From the sequence record MG655267.1: 64,000 bases of DNA; one strand, 5' to 3'. This document shows positions 8,990 through 17,791 of this stretch, piece after piece; position 1 is the first letter of the stretch, and each line of letters opens with the position of its first letter. The position numbers were made by a program, and so were the translations under genes. The notes beneath the pieces were generated by a model that did not search any database, was not told the DNA's origin, and saw only the letters and a program-made list of their open reading frames with translations.

Positions 8990-9544
8990 TTACTTCATAC
9001 CGTCCAACTGCTTTTGAAGTTCCTTTAACTGACGGCTTGCATCCGGCGTCTCGGCGTCATGATCTCTGATCGCTTCAATAAACGACTTCCGTTTGCAATA
9101 AGGATACTTCATCCATTTATCAAATGACAAACCAAATTTGCCCAAGATATCCGCACGCAGATATTCGAGCTCATACTTTCGATACCCAACTAACGCCAGC
9201 GAGTCTTCCTGCTCGACCTGTAAGATTAACGAGAGCGGCGAGGTTTCCACGTTATGGTCAATAATCCCAAACGTGTCATCGTAAAGCTCTGTTAATCGAA
9301 TTAGTGGATACTCCCAGTTCTCGGTAAGAAACGTGGGGTTTTCTAACGCGACATCCCAGGCATCGGACCGATCACTTTCGGACAGACCGAAATCCCAATG
9401 GATTAGATGTCGGCTTGATCGAACGTCTGATTCAGTGTATTCGTCATTAGGGTAAAAAAAACCCGTGCTACGTTCAGCGGGGTGTATGCCGGGAAGGTGT
9501 TGCTCACCAGCGGTTGACGCGCCTGGCAGTTCGGGCATTTCCAA
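8990..9544 (-). CDS. T4 gp51-like / tail-assembly-chaperone C-terminal ORF, probably entered by -1 frameshift at 9454-9461
   Basis: Overlaps the upstream ORF by 142 nt in the -1 frame and has only a weak own start. The C-terminal FGLSFDKWMKYPYCKRKSFIEAI resembles gp51/TAC-T type motifs. Confidence 0.6.
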   Translation of the reverse strand: MEMPELPGASTAGEQHLPGIHPAERSTGFFYPNDEYTESDVRSSRHLIHWDFGLSESDRSDAWDVALENPTFLTENWEYPLIRLTELYDDTFGIIDHNVETSPLSLILQVEQEDSLALVGYRKYELEYLRADILGKFGLSFDKWMKYPYCKRKSFIEAIRDHDAETPDASRQLKELQKQLDGMK

Positions 9545-11022
9545 CGCGGCACCGCAACCACACCGACCGTTACCCGGTTGATGAACTTGTTCAGCTCTTC
9601 AAAGAACGGTTTACGCATATCCGGGGTTGCACTGAATTGCTTCAGCAGTAATGCCACGTCATCGGCCGACTCAACATAGTTGCCATCGTTGAACTCGATC
9701 TTGGTCACCCAGTGGGCGTAACCGCGCATGGAGGACAGCGCTGCCTGTTTGTTGATGTGCTGCTCACGCTGCTCACGCGTCATGCTGTCGTTGAAGCTGT
9801 CGGTGATCGCTTGTTGAATACCGTTGATCCAGGCATAACCCGCTGCATTCTTATCTTCGAGTGATGGCACCCGCAGATAGAACTTCACATCTTTCACAGT
9901 GATGACATTGTCTTTCATCACTTCAAAGCCGGTCTGATAGGCAATGACCTGCTCGACGGTACGGCCGCTGAAGTGAGACATGTGCGCACGCTGGGTTGGT
10001 GACAGACGATTGTTGTCAATGATCGACAGACGAGAGACGTTAACTTTCGCTGCTTCAACATGCACACACTTCTTCGGATCGGCGGCACAGGCAGTGACCA
10101 TGTGGTAGCCAGACTTAAAGCGTGCGCCCAGGTAGGCGTTAGCGATCAGATCGAGATCCTGCTCTTTGATTAACGGCAGCAGGGTTTTCTTATCGGAGAC
10201 GCCGATGCTGCTGTCAGTGACCATACCCAGCAGGAAGTCAGTCATGTGCTTACGCACCACGACATCCAGGTTGTTAAACACCAGACCGTTGGTACGACGA
10301 CCGAGGATCGCTTTCTCAGCCATGATGGCGGTTTGCATATCCACAAACTCATCATCACCGGCAATCAGCAACGTAACCCAGATACCAGAATGTGGCAGCG
10401 GCAGATGGACATAGTCGCCCATGTTCATCACGCCACGAGCACGCATCACTGCCTGTGGACCGGTCAGCAGTTTAGTGCCTTCGGTACTGCGCTTCACTGG
10501 CGGGCGAGAAACACCCTGCACTTTGTTATTGTCGAGCAGAATACCCTGCAGCCACTGCGCACCATCTTGACGAATGGTCAGGTTCAGACCAGAACGGTAC
10601 GACAGGTTGGTGATGGCGTTACTGGCCAGGGATAGCCAGATCATCGCTTTATCAGCACCGTACAGACTGACGATCTCTTTTAAGATCTTCTTGTCTTCGG
10701 TGTTGGTGTCGATCTCATTGATCAGCGCCGTCGCTGCATCGTAATCCTGATGCATAATAGACAGCACACCTTCCGTGCCGACATCCTCCATGGAATTCAG
10801 CTTTTCAATGATCGGGTTCTGATAGAGCGGATCGAACGCCTGCTCAACGGCTTCAGCTTCAGGTGCTTCAGCTTCGCCCTGTTGGCCGGTTTCTGCTGGC
10901 TCGGGATCGGTGCCAATAGTACCAGTAGTCGCCGGACGGCCTGGATCAACTTCAGGAATACCAGAGTGGTTTTCTTCAACAGGCTCTTGCTGTGACAGAA
11001 TGGATGGGTTATCACCGGACAT
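9403..11022 (-). CDS. T4 gp26-like baseplate-hub/tail-assembly chaperone (phiKZ gp77-like position)
   Basis: 539 aa with an acidic N-terminal extension, CAADPKKC and C-terminal CPNC motifs, ending RVFFTL...; architecture resembles gp26-type chaperones. Confidence 0.6.
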   Translation of the reverse strand: MSGDNPSILSQQEPVEENHSGIPEVDPGRPATTGTIGTDPEPAETGQQGEAEAPEAEAVEQAFDPLYQNPIIEKLNSMEDVGTEGVLSIMHQDYDAATALINEIDTNTEDKKILKEIVSLYGADKAMIWLSLASNAITNLSYRSGLNLTIRQDGAQWLQGILLDNNKVQGVSRPPVKRSTEGTKLLTGPQAVMRARGVMNMGDYVHLPLPHSGIWVTLLIAGDDEFVDMQTAIMAEKAILGRRTNGLVFNNLDVVVRKHMTDFLLGMVTDSSIGVSDKKTLLPLIKEQDLDLIANAYLGARFKSGYHMVTACAADPKKCVHVEAAKVNVSRLSIIDNNRLSPTQRAHMSHFSGRTVEQVIAYQTGFEVMKDNVITVKDVKFYLRVPSLEDKNAAGYAWINGIQQAITDSFNDSMTREQREQHINKQAALSSMRGYAHWVTKIEFNDGNYVESADDVALLLKQFSATPDMRKPFFEELNKFINRVTVGVVAVPRWKCPNCQARQPLVSNTFPAYTPLNVARVFFTLMTNTLNQTFDQADI

Positions 11023-11039
11023 TATGCTTATCCTTACCT

Positions 11040-11507
11040 TTACTTTTTAGTGGGGTCGACCTGAACCGGGTCATTGAGTTTGCTTGCTGCGCCAGCGGCA
11101 ACCGCGTTAGCATGGGCGCTGTCTGACATGGTCAGAATGGCAGCACCGTGACGTTGCATCGCATCCAGCAATTTACTCTGCAGGACGATGTATTGTTCGT
11201 GCACACTGAGGAAGTCAGCGATGGTGCTGTCATGCAAGGCATAACCGGTTTTGCCTTGATGCTGCTGCTTGATCATCGGCAGTGTTTCATCGATCTCTTT
11301 GACTACAGCCAGCGCCGCTTCGATGTGCGAGCTTAACGCAGAGGGGTTTGGCTGAAAGCGAATGATGTTGGTGTTGACGGCCATGAGGCAAGTGTTGCTC
11401 AGCTCATTGCGCAAATTAATCGTATAAGTTGCCGCAGAATCCAGGTACTCCCAGAACTGATCGGGCTGATGGACCTCTGGTGCGAGAGGCGGTTCATTGG
11501 TTGACAT
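11040..11507 (-). CDS. Hypothetical protein (core-block position)
   Basis: 155 aa helical ORF upstream of, and co-oriented with, the chaperone gene. Confidence 0.7.
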   Translation of the reverse strand: MSTNEPPLAPEVHQPDQFWEYLDSAATYTINLRNELSNTCLMAVNTNIIRFQPNPSALSSHIEAALAVVKEIDETLPMIKQQHQGKTGYALHDSTIADFLSVHEQYIVLQSKLLDAMQRHGAAILTMSDSAHANAVAAGAASKLNDPVQVDPTKK

Positions 11508-11599
11508 AACGGGTCCTTGAGGTGATTTATCTTGTGGCTTACATATATTGACACTACTAATGTCAACAATTACAACGTTTATACGGAAAAGGCACGGTC

Positions 11600-12511
11600 A
11601 TGAGTGATTTTACTGACTTAACGAAATTGAAGACCGAATTACCACAAAACATCCAAAAGATTGATGAGCAGGATGATGTGGGTGACTTCAGCGATCTTAA
11701 CGACTACCTCATGACCATCATTCCGGATGAACGGCGTGAGCGCTTGATCGCGATCTGTCAAAACCTGAGCACCCTGCAATATCATCAAGTCCAGCCCGAT
11801 GTGGATCGGTTACTGATGATGGCCAACGACGGTGAAGCGCCGTCGGTACTCGATGACTTGACCCGGTTGTTATTTGAACACGCTTATGACTTAACGAAAA
11901 ACATGGGCTTTAACTGGGCTGATGAGATTGAGTTTGATCAGCTGTTCCTGCTCGGTGATGTAATCGAAGGTGCCATGTTGATTGATGGCATGGAAGACTA
12001 CGGCGACCTCTCAGCGATCCTGGATGGGGATGACTCAGTTGAAGAGAAGGTGGTGGATATCTGGGGCCTGGTGCTCGACAAAGACATGCACCATCTCTTT
12101 GAACAGATCCAGTCCATCGAACCGGCGGTGATCAGCGGGATCAAGCAAGTCACGACCCGACCGTATGCCGAAGACGATTATGCAGATGTGCAGCGCCCAC
12201 TTGAGTTCGTGGTTGAGCGGTTGGTGAAAGTCCGTGAAATGATGAAGACCGATGGCATTGCTTACCAGCATGTGGCCAAGGGCGGGGCATTAGGCGTTGA
12301 GCTCGATTCACTGATCACGCTCTACACCCCTGAGTTGAATGCCGTGACCGATCCGATCGAACTGACCGACCTGCTGGTTGCCTTTACCCTGATCAGCAAC
12401 ACCCCGGATGGGTTGGTGAAATCCACCGCATCCCGGTTGGCAGAAAAATGGATTGATGATATCGAAGTCATCAATGTGGTAGGTAAACATATCGACAGGT
12501 ATCCCGTGTGA
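11600..12511 (+). CDS. Acidic protein, probable virion component (phiKZ gp79-like position)
   Basis: AAGG SD; 303 aa; Asp/Glu-rich; GTGA overlap with the RNAP subunit gene. Confidence 0.7.
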   Translation: MSDFTDLTKLKTELPQNIQKIDEQDDVGDFSDLNDYLMTIIPDERRERLIAICQNLSTLQYHQVQPDVDRLLMMANDGEAPSVLDDLTRLLFEHAYDLTKNMGFNWADEIEFDQLFLLGDVIEGAMLIDGMEDYGDLSAILDGDDSVEEKVVDIWGLVLDKDMHHLFEQIQSIEPAVISGIKQVTTRPYAEDDYADVQRPLEFVVERLVKVREMMKTDGIAYQHVAKGGALGVELDSLITLYTPELNAVTDPIELTDLLVAFTLISNTPDGLVKSTASRLAEKWIDDIEVINVVGKHIDRYPV

Positions 12512-13818
12512 ATATTCGCGACTATTTAATCATGGCCTTTCGGGCAGGGGCTTACAAGCAACGCCAGTGGGTGTTGAGTGTCATGAGTATCACCCAGACC
12601 CCGGATGGTAAATCCGTAGCAGACAGTATGATCCCGTATCAGGCACACCGCATCAACATCGGTGCGACACTCGATTGGGCTTACTGGGACGACTTCAACA
12701 AAACCTTTGTGCCGATCGAGGGAGTGGATGTTAACTTCCCGTTGTTTCGACCCGAGGATCAATACACACTACAACCTGGGGATTTCGCCAATGTCACTGA
12801 AGAAGTTACTACTACTTTCGGCCGTATTCTGGCTAACCATTATTATTTTATCGATGTGGTCGGTGAACGTGTCCCCTTTCAGAACGTAGAATTCAACCGC
12901 GGGATGCTGGAGAAGATCTACAAGGCCCGGGTATTAGAAGACGCCCAGGACTTGCGGCGTTCTGATCCGTTCTACCTGACCGTCGATGAATTCAAACGCT
13001 CCGTGGATAATGGCTTTGCCTTGGGTGGGTTGTCAAAACTCTGTGTGCCGACTGCTTGTCCGGAAACCATGTACCCGCCGAAGTTCATCATCGAAATGCG
13101 TGACCGTCTGTTTGAAGAGCACAAGGATGAGCTCAACAACCCGGTGGTCATGGGGCGTATTCAGGATGAGCTGTTAAAGCACTATCGTGAGTTCCTGATG
13201 TCCACCCCGTCAGCCAAGTTCTTTGTGATCAAGAAGACCATCGACCAGGCCTTCAACAACATGTTCCTGACCGGTGGTATTGCGGGGGCTTTTGGTGGTA
13301 ACACTGTTATTACCAACTCGCTGTACGAAGGCTGGAACCTGAAGAACTTCCCGGCGTTAGTGAACGGCTCTATCGAAGCTTCCTTTGACCGTGGTGCAGC
13401 TACAGCTGATGGCGGCGAGAAAGTGAAGATGTTGATCCGTGCCACGCAGAACATCCGTATCACCGATGATGATTGTGGAACTCAGCTTGGGGTGCCGTGG
13501 GTGATTGAAGATGCCGGCAAGGCACGCTTCATTAACTCTTACATACTGGATAAGGGTGTGACGATTCTGTTAACTCCGGAGAACATTGATAAGTTCGTCG
13601 GTAAACCAGTCATGACCCGTTCACCCAGCTTCTGTAAGAAATCCCATGGCGACTCCTGTAAGTTCTGCGTCGGTGCGCATAACGCCACCAACCCACGCGG
13701 GATGTCTTCTGGTACCTCGAAGATCGGTTCTACCCTGATGTTGTTATCGATGAAAGCGATGCATAAAGGCAGTAAGATCGATCTGATCGAGTATAACCTT
13801 GATGAGGTCTTTAACTGA
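12508..13818 (+). CDS. rpoC: Virion RNA polymerase beta-prime subunit, C-terminal part (phiKZ gp80-like)
   Basis: Bridge-helix-like DRGAATADGGEKVKML, ITDDDCGT, Zn site RSPSFC...CKFCVG and trigger-loop-like IGSTLMLLSMKAMH. Confidence 0.88.
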   Translation: MNIRDYLIMAFRAGAYKQRQWVLSVMSITQTPDGKSVADSMIPYQAHRINIGATLDWAYWDDFNKTFVPIEGVDVNFPLFRPEDQYTLQPGDFANVTEEVTTTFGRILANHYYFIDVVGERVPFQNVEFNRGMLEKIYKARVLEDAQDLRRSDPFYLTVDEFKRSVDNGFALGGLSKLCVPTACPETMYPPKFIIEMRDRLFEEHKDELNNPVVMGRIQDELLKHYREFLMSTPSAKFFVIKKTIDQAFNNMFLTGGIAGAFGGNTVITNSLYEGWNLKNFPALVNGSIEASFDRGAATADGGEKVKMLIRATQNIRITDDDCGTQLGVPWVIEDAGKARFINSYILDKGVTILLTPENIDKFVGKPVMTRSPSFCKKSHGDSCKFCVGAHNATNPRGMSSGTSKIGSTLMLLSMKAMHKGSKIDLIEYNLDEVFN

Positions 13819-13827
13819 GGATATCTG

Positions 13828-13840
13828 AAACCTACATTAT
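13828..13840 (+). promoter_or_regulatory. Putative early promoter motif
   Basis: AAACCTACATTAT at the start of an accessory island. Confidence 0.55.
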
Positions 13841-13873
13841 AAAAAGGATATGATTTAATAAAAGGAGTTCCCG

Positions 13874-14590
13874 ATGTATGGTCTATTGATCTTAGCACTA
13901 CCCCGGTCACCGTACGTCCACATGAGTGCGATGACTGCGGACAGGTTTACTGAACTGCTCCCACAACTCCAGAAAGAGCTCGATGCAGATATCTTTCCTA
14001 ATGTGTGTTTCCAGGGTGCATTCAATGTCAGTAATACCCGTACGGTCACTCAGCTGTTTATTCCGTGTAGCGGATTGGTGGCGGCACGGGAGTTGGGGTA
14101 TGAACAGATCCGCAATATTCTCGCCAACCCAGAGAAGGAAGTCCAGCATGTCACCAACATCGGTGATTGGCTGGGTATTCCTGGTAAGGTGATGTTTGAT
14201 AATGCGGATGGATCTGTGGATGAGGTCGTTGTGACTGACATGTACAAATATCTGGTACATGAAAGAAGAGAGCGCTCTGTCTTTCGGTTCAGTCCTATTG
14301 ATCTTAGTATAACCGATACCGAACCATTACCAACTCACCTCTACCCACGTGATCATTTCTACGACCAGGTCTACCTCGACAAAGACGGCGAGCGTGCTTT
14401 CCTGTCTTACGGGTCGTGCGGTGAGGAAGGCTGTGTCATAGAACCCAGAGAAGAGAAACCCGTGCAAGTGTACGGCGTTACCTACTCGTCACTGGATGAA
14501 GTGGCCCGATGCTATAACCTGCCTGAGCAGTACGTGAAAGAACGCGTTGAGTCTGACAGCCTTGAATGGCTGGAGTGGTCATATTTGTAA
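13874..14590 (+). CDS. Hypothetical protein with C-terminal NUMOD1/IENR1-like HTH; paralogue of 18136..18918
   Basis: AAGGAG SD; VTNIGDWL and VTDMYKYL motifs shared with 18136..18918; C-terminal GVTYSSLDEVARCY. Confidence 0.75.
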   Translation: MYGLLILALPRSPYVHMSAMTADRFTELLPQLQKELDADIFPNVCFQGAFNVSNTRTVTQLFIPCSGLVAARELGYEQIRNILANPEKEVQHVTNIGDWLGIPGKVMFDNADGSVDEVVVTDMYKYLVHERRERSVFRFSPIDLSITDTEPLPTHLYPRDHFYDQVYLDKDGERAFLSYGSCGEEGCVIEPREEKPVQVYGVTYSSLDEVARCYNLPEQYVKERVESDSLEWLEWSYL

Positions 14591-14718
14591 AAGTATTTGG
14601 GGATGAGACGCAGAGCTGATTCCCATCTACGGTAAGTTGTTCAAGGAAGCAGCAAACCGGTTATAAAAAATGAAAGGGTTTTCGTAAGATAGTCAGTGCT
14701 CCGCACCCGAGACAATAC

Positions 14719-14916
14719 ATGACCACAAACCCGCAGTTTATTTTCGTGGCTCAGAATTCTGATGCTACACACAGCGTAGAGAAACTGGAAGTAGGACGCG
14801 ATACCGATACCCAGAAGAACCTCACGGAACTTCGTAAAGGTTTGCCGTTCGACTTCTCGTTTATCATGTCTGAAGAGGCGATCTATCAACTTCGACAGGC
14901 AGGGCACATCAACTAA
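14719..14916 (+). CDS. Small hypothetical protein
   Basis: 65 aa immediately upstream of the Tad2-like gene; weak SD. Confidence 0.55.
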   Translation: MTTNPQFIFVAQNSDATHSVEKLEVGRDTDTQKNLTELRKGLPFDFSFIMSEEAIYQLRQAGHIN

Positions 14917-14931
14917 ACTGCTGAGGTAGTC

Positions 14932-15384
14932 ATGACGAACAAATCGGAGATCTCACACGGTGGTGGTGATCAGCCTATGGAAAAAGAGCAAAGCAACTTA
15001 TCCGTACTGGTGAACTACTCCACAGGTGTGATGGAAGGTGACCGTTTTAATTACTCGGTTGCATTGGCGCTGTTGAAAGACGGCATCAAAGTGAAACGCG
15101 AAGACTGGAAGAACGCTTTCCTGGTGTTCGTCCCGGGTAGTCAGAATGTTGAACTGCCAAAAGGGTCGCCGTATGAAGTCGCACTCCACGGTAAGAAGTC
15201 CGTTGCCAATATTCGTCCGCACATCGATCTGTACACGGAGTACGGTGAATTCGAAGTCGGTTGGACCGCCAACCAGGAAGACACCAACGCCGATGACTGG
15301 ATGATTGTCTTAGACAAGAACACCAATCAAGACGACAGTGCCGACGAAGAGAAAGAGTCCTCAAACGACGACTCGAAGTCATAA
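14932..15384 (+). CDS. tad2: DUF2829 / Tad2-like anti-defence nucleotide-sponge protein
   Basis: FNYSVALALLKDGIKVKREDW...HIDLYTEYG...WTANQEDTNADDWMIV matches the Tad2/DUF2829 pattern F..AL..LK.G..V.R..W ... W...Q.D..A.DW.IV; GAGGT SD. Confidence 0.8.
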   Translation: MTNKSEISHGGGDQPMEKEQSNLSVLVNYSTGVMEGDRFNYSVALALLKDGIKVKREDWKNAFLVFVPGSQNVELPKGSPYEVALHGKKSVANIRPHIDLYTEYGEFEVGWTANQEDTNADDWMIVLDKNTNQDDSADEEKESSNDDSKS

Positions 15385-15418
15385 ACCCCAGGAGAGCTTC
15401 GGCTCTCCTTTTATGCCC
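15379..15418 (+). terminator. Hairpin (UUCG loop) + TTATGCC element
   Basis: AGGAGAGC-TTCG-GCTCTCCT followed by TTTATGCCC. Confidence 0.7.
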
Positions 15419-15433
15419 ATTAAGGAACATGTC

Positions 15434-15793
15434 ATGAGTGAAAAGAAAGCGTTTGAAGTGGTATTGGATAGCCGTCATGAACCGTACGAGGCTTACCAGT
15501 TATTAGTGGCTCGCATCAATACCTTATTGCGCACCGGTCAAGGCTACCATGAAGTGAAACTCACGAAGTGGCAGCTTTACGATAACGGTCTTCTTATCAA
15601 AGGAGATGATGATGTGCATATCTCCTTGTTGCGTCATTTCTATTACGACGAACAACGCAATACGTTTGGTGGTGGCTTCATGGCCTTTGAGATCCTGGAA
15701 GATTTGGGTCGGTACTACAAAGTGCCCGATATCACAGAAGGGATGGGCGAGAACGTTGGCCTCGTCTTCACGGTCACGGTAACCACACCATAA
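15434..15793 (+). CDS. Hypothetical protein, tandem family member 1
   Basis: AAGGA SD before ATG 15434; KGDDDVHISLLRHFYYD aligns with member 2. Confidence 0.75.
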   Translation: MSEKKAFEVVLDSRHEPYEAYQLLVARINTLLRTGQGYHEVKLTKWQLYDNGLLIKGDDDVHISLLRHFYYDEQRNTFGGGFMAFEILEDLGRYYKVPDITEGMGENVGLVFTVTVTTP

Positions 15794-15799
15794 GAGGTT

Positions 15800-16168
15800 G
15801 TGATGAAACCACTCTTCGCCATGAAGTTTGATACCCGGGATGCGGGATTAGGGGATCAACTCGATCTCTTGCAATCACGGGTGAAGGCTTACTCTAAACA
15901 CGGCACCATGATCAAAGATGTGGCGGTGACTGCCTGGGTGGTCTGTTCGGATAACATGCCAGTTGCCGGTGATGACCCTGCTCATGTCAGTATTATCCAC
16001 CGTTACCGTTACGACATCGAACAGCAGTGTGTGGTCGGTGGGGTCAGTGCCATGGATGCTCTGCGTGAGATCTGGTCGGCGTATGGTCCTGACTCTACCC
16101 TCCCACCGTTCAGCCGGATACCCGGTGCTGTCGATATGCAATTTACCTTAACTGTGTTCACTATTTAA
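15800..16168 (+). CDS. Hypothetical protein, tandem family member 2
   Basis: GAGGT SD; contains AGDDPAHVSIIHRYRYD and VAVTAW. Confidence 0.75.
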   Translation: MMKPLFAMKFDTRDAGLGDQLDLLQSRVKAYSKHGTMIKDVAVTAWVVCSDNMPVAGDDPAHVSIIHRYRYDIEQQCVVGGVSAMDALREIWSAYGPDSTLPPFSRIPGAVDMQFTLTVFTI

Positions 16169-16181
16169 AGGAGATACCCTC

Positions 16182-16571
16182 ATGGGAGTTTCTGCTGCTG
16201 CTCGTCGTTCTAAAGAAGGGGTGTTTACCCGTAGCATTGAAGTGCGTCCAGACCACTGGAAACGGGATATCACTGATTTAGGACTGGATGTCCATAACCT
16301 GGTGTTGTGTAAACAGGAGATCGTGTCAGTGACCGTCACGGCTTGGCGGGCGTATGACGAGTGCGGTGTACTGCGTGGTAGTGCCAAAGAGTTGAAGTTA
16401 GACATTACGGAATGGTTCCTCGGTGACAAAGGCCCGGTCATTAATGATGCGATCAAACCTCTCACGTTTGCCTTCATCATTAATCAACAACGCAGCCAAC
16501 GCACGCCCTGGGTAAAAGATGTCCGCTTAGGGCTTAACCTGTCCATTGTCTACAAGAGGATTCAGCAATAA
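16182..16571 (+). CDS. Hypothetical protein, tandem family member 3
   Basis: AAGGAG SD; VTVTAW motif; C-terminal strand LGLNLSIVY. Confidence 0.72.
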   Translation: MGVSAAARRSKEGVFTRSIEVRPDHWKRDITDLGLDVHNLVLCKQEIVSVTVTAWRAYDECGVLRGSAKELKLDITEWFLGDKGPVINDAIKPLTFAFIINQQRSQRTPWVKDVRLGLNLSIVYKRIQQ

Positions 16572-16915
16572 TGGAAATTGTCCACCAACTCGATCTTAGC
16601 CACGGCTGGGAACCCTTCAACCGCCTGAAAGCCGCCTTTGCCAAGAAACCCCCGGAGGCGATCCACATCACTGCCTGGGTTGCTCATGGTTATAAAGGAA
16701 ACCTCATCGGTGATGAGCAAGTGGTGAAAGGGTCGTGCCAGGAGTGTCGGATTGATGTGACCCACATCTTCTTCCCCAGTCGGCCTGAGATCTTGATTGG
16801 TTTGTCGAGCTTCATTAACACCATTAATCGTGACGGGCCGGTGAAGATCCCGGCCTGGACCGGATCGATTACTCTTTGTCTTGAATTAGCGATAAGTTAT
16901 ACGGATAGAATTTAA
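16571..16915 (+). CDS. Hypothetical protein, tandem family member 4
   Basis: GAGGA SD; TAATG coupling; IHITAW motif; C-terminal LCLELAISY. Confidence 0.72.
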   Translation: MEIVHQLDLSHGWEPFNRLKAAFAKKPPEAIHITAWVAHGYKGNLIGDEQVVKGSCQECRIDVTHIFFPSRPEILIGLSSFINTINRDGPVKIPAWTGSITLCLELAISYTDRI

Positions 16916-17022
16916 TCGGCATATATTCTGTCTCGTTAGCGTAAGCTCGCTAAAAACCCTTTTAAAGTTTTGTATAACAAACTATCAACTTTGTAGAAAG
17001 AAACAAATAGGAAATTAATCTC

Positions 17023-17733
17023 ATGTTGCATGAAAACTTTGAAGCCTTAGTGGCGAACATCGCCAACCAAATCAATCAGCTGGAACCCGAGGATCTGCCG
17101 TCACTGATCCTGACCAAGAGCGGGGTCTACATCAACGACAAGCGCCACGATCGCACTCGTCTACTGCTGAACCTGTTTACCCCCCAGCCCGGGCACACGC
17201 ACGACGTGACCTTCGATCAAGAGCTGCAGGATGCCTTCGCTCACAACAACCTGGAGTTTATCAAAGTCGGTGAAGGGATCGCCTACGGACTACTGCGTAC
17301 CAGTATCGTTAACAACGAACCCGCGGTGTTCTGGATTCACGCCGATGTCTCCGATGATGCATCATTACTGAAGCAAGCCTGGGATATCATCACCGACCTG
17401 AAGAAGAATGCGGGTTACCCCCAGGCGTTTAACATTGACGTGCTCGACGTAAGCTGGCATGCGTTAAGCTGGGCACAACTGCTGGGGACTTTGCTTGACC
17501 GCACTGACCCGACACGCCGGTTTCGTTTGGCAACTAACGCTGACTACGATTTTGTGTTATCCCAGAAAGCCATCACGTACTACCAGGAGACGTTGAGTAA
17601 ACGTCCGATGGCACCGGTTGCTTACCTCGATGACACTAACTTGTTTAACGGTGGCGACTTTAACGACAGTGATCGCAACTGGGCAATCGCCCCGAACGAC
17701 AGCACCCGCCCTATCGTGAAGGTGTATGTTTAA
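17023..17733 (+). CDS. Hypothetical protein
   Basis: AGGA SD after an AT-rich intergenic region; 236 aa. Confidence 0.75.
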   Translation: MLHENFEALVANIANQINQLEPEDLPSLILTKSGVYINDKRHDRTRLLLNLFTPQPGHTHDVTFDQELQDAFAHNNLEFIKVGEGIAYGLLRTSIVNNEPAVFWIHADVSDDASLLKQAWDIITDLKKNAGYPQAFNIDVLDVSWHALSWAQLLGTLLDRTDPTRRFRLATNADYDFVLSQKAITYYQETLSKRPMAPVAYLDDTNLFNGGDFNDSDRNWAIAPNDSTRPIVKVYV

Positions 17734-17743
17734 ATAAACACAA

Positions 17744-17784
17744 GCTCCAGATGGTATACTTGGAAACATTTATTGATCTGGAGC
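17744..17784 (+). promoter_or_regulatory. Inverted repeat sequestering the RBS of the 17792 gene
   Basis: Perfect 9-bp arms GCTCCAGAT (17744-17752) and ATCTGGAGC (17776-17784); SD GGAG at 17780-17783 lies in the 3' arm. Confidence 0.55.
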
Positions 17785-17791
17785 CCCAGCC

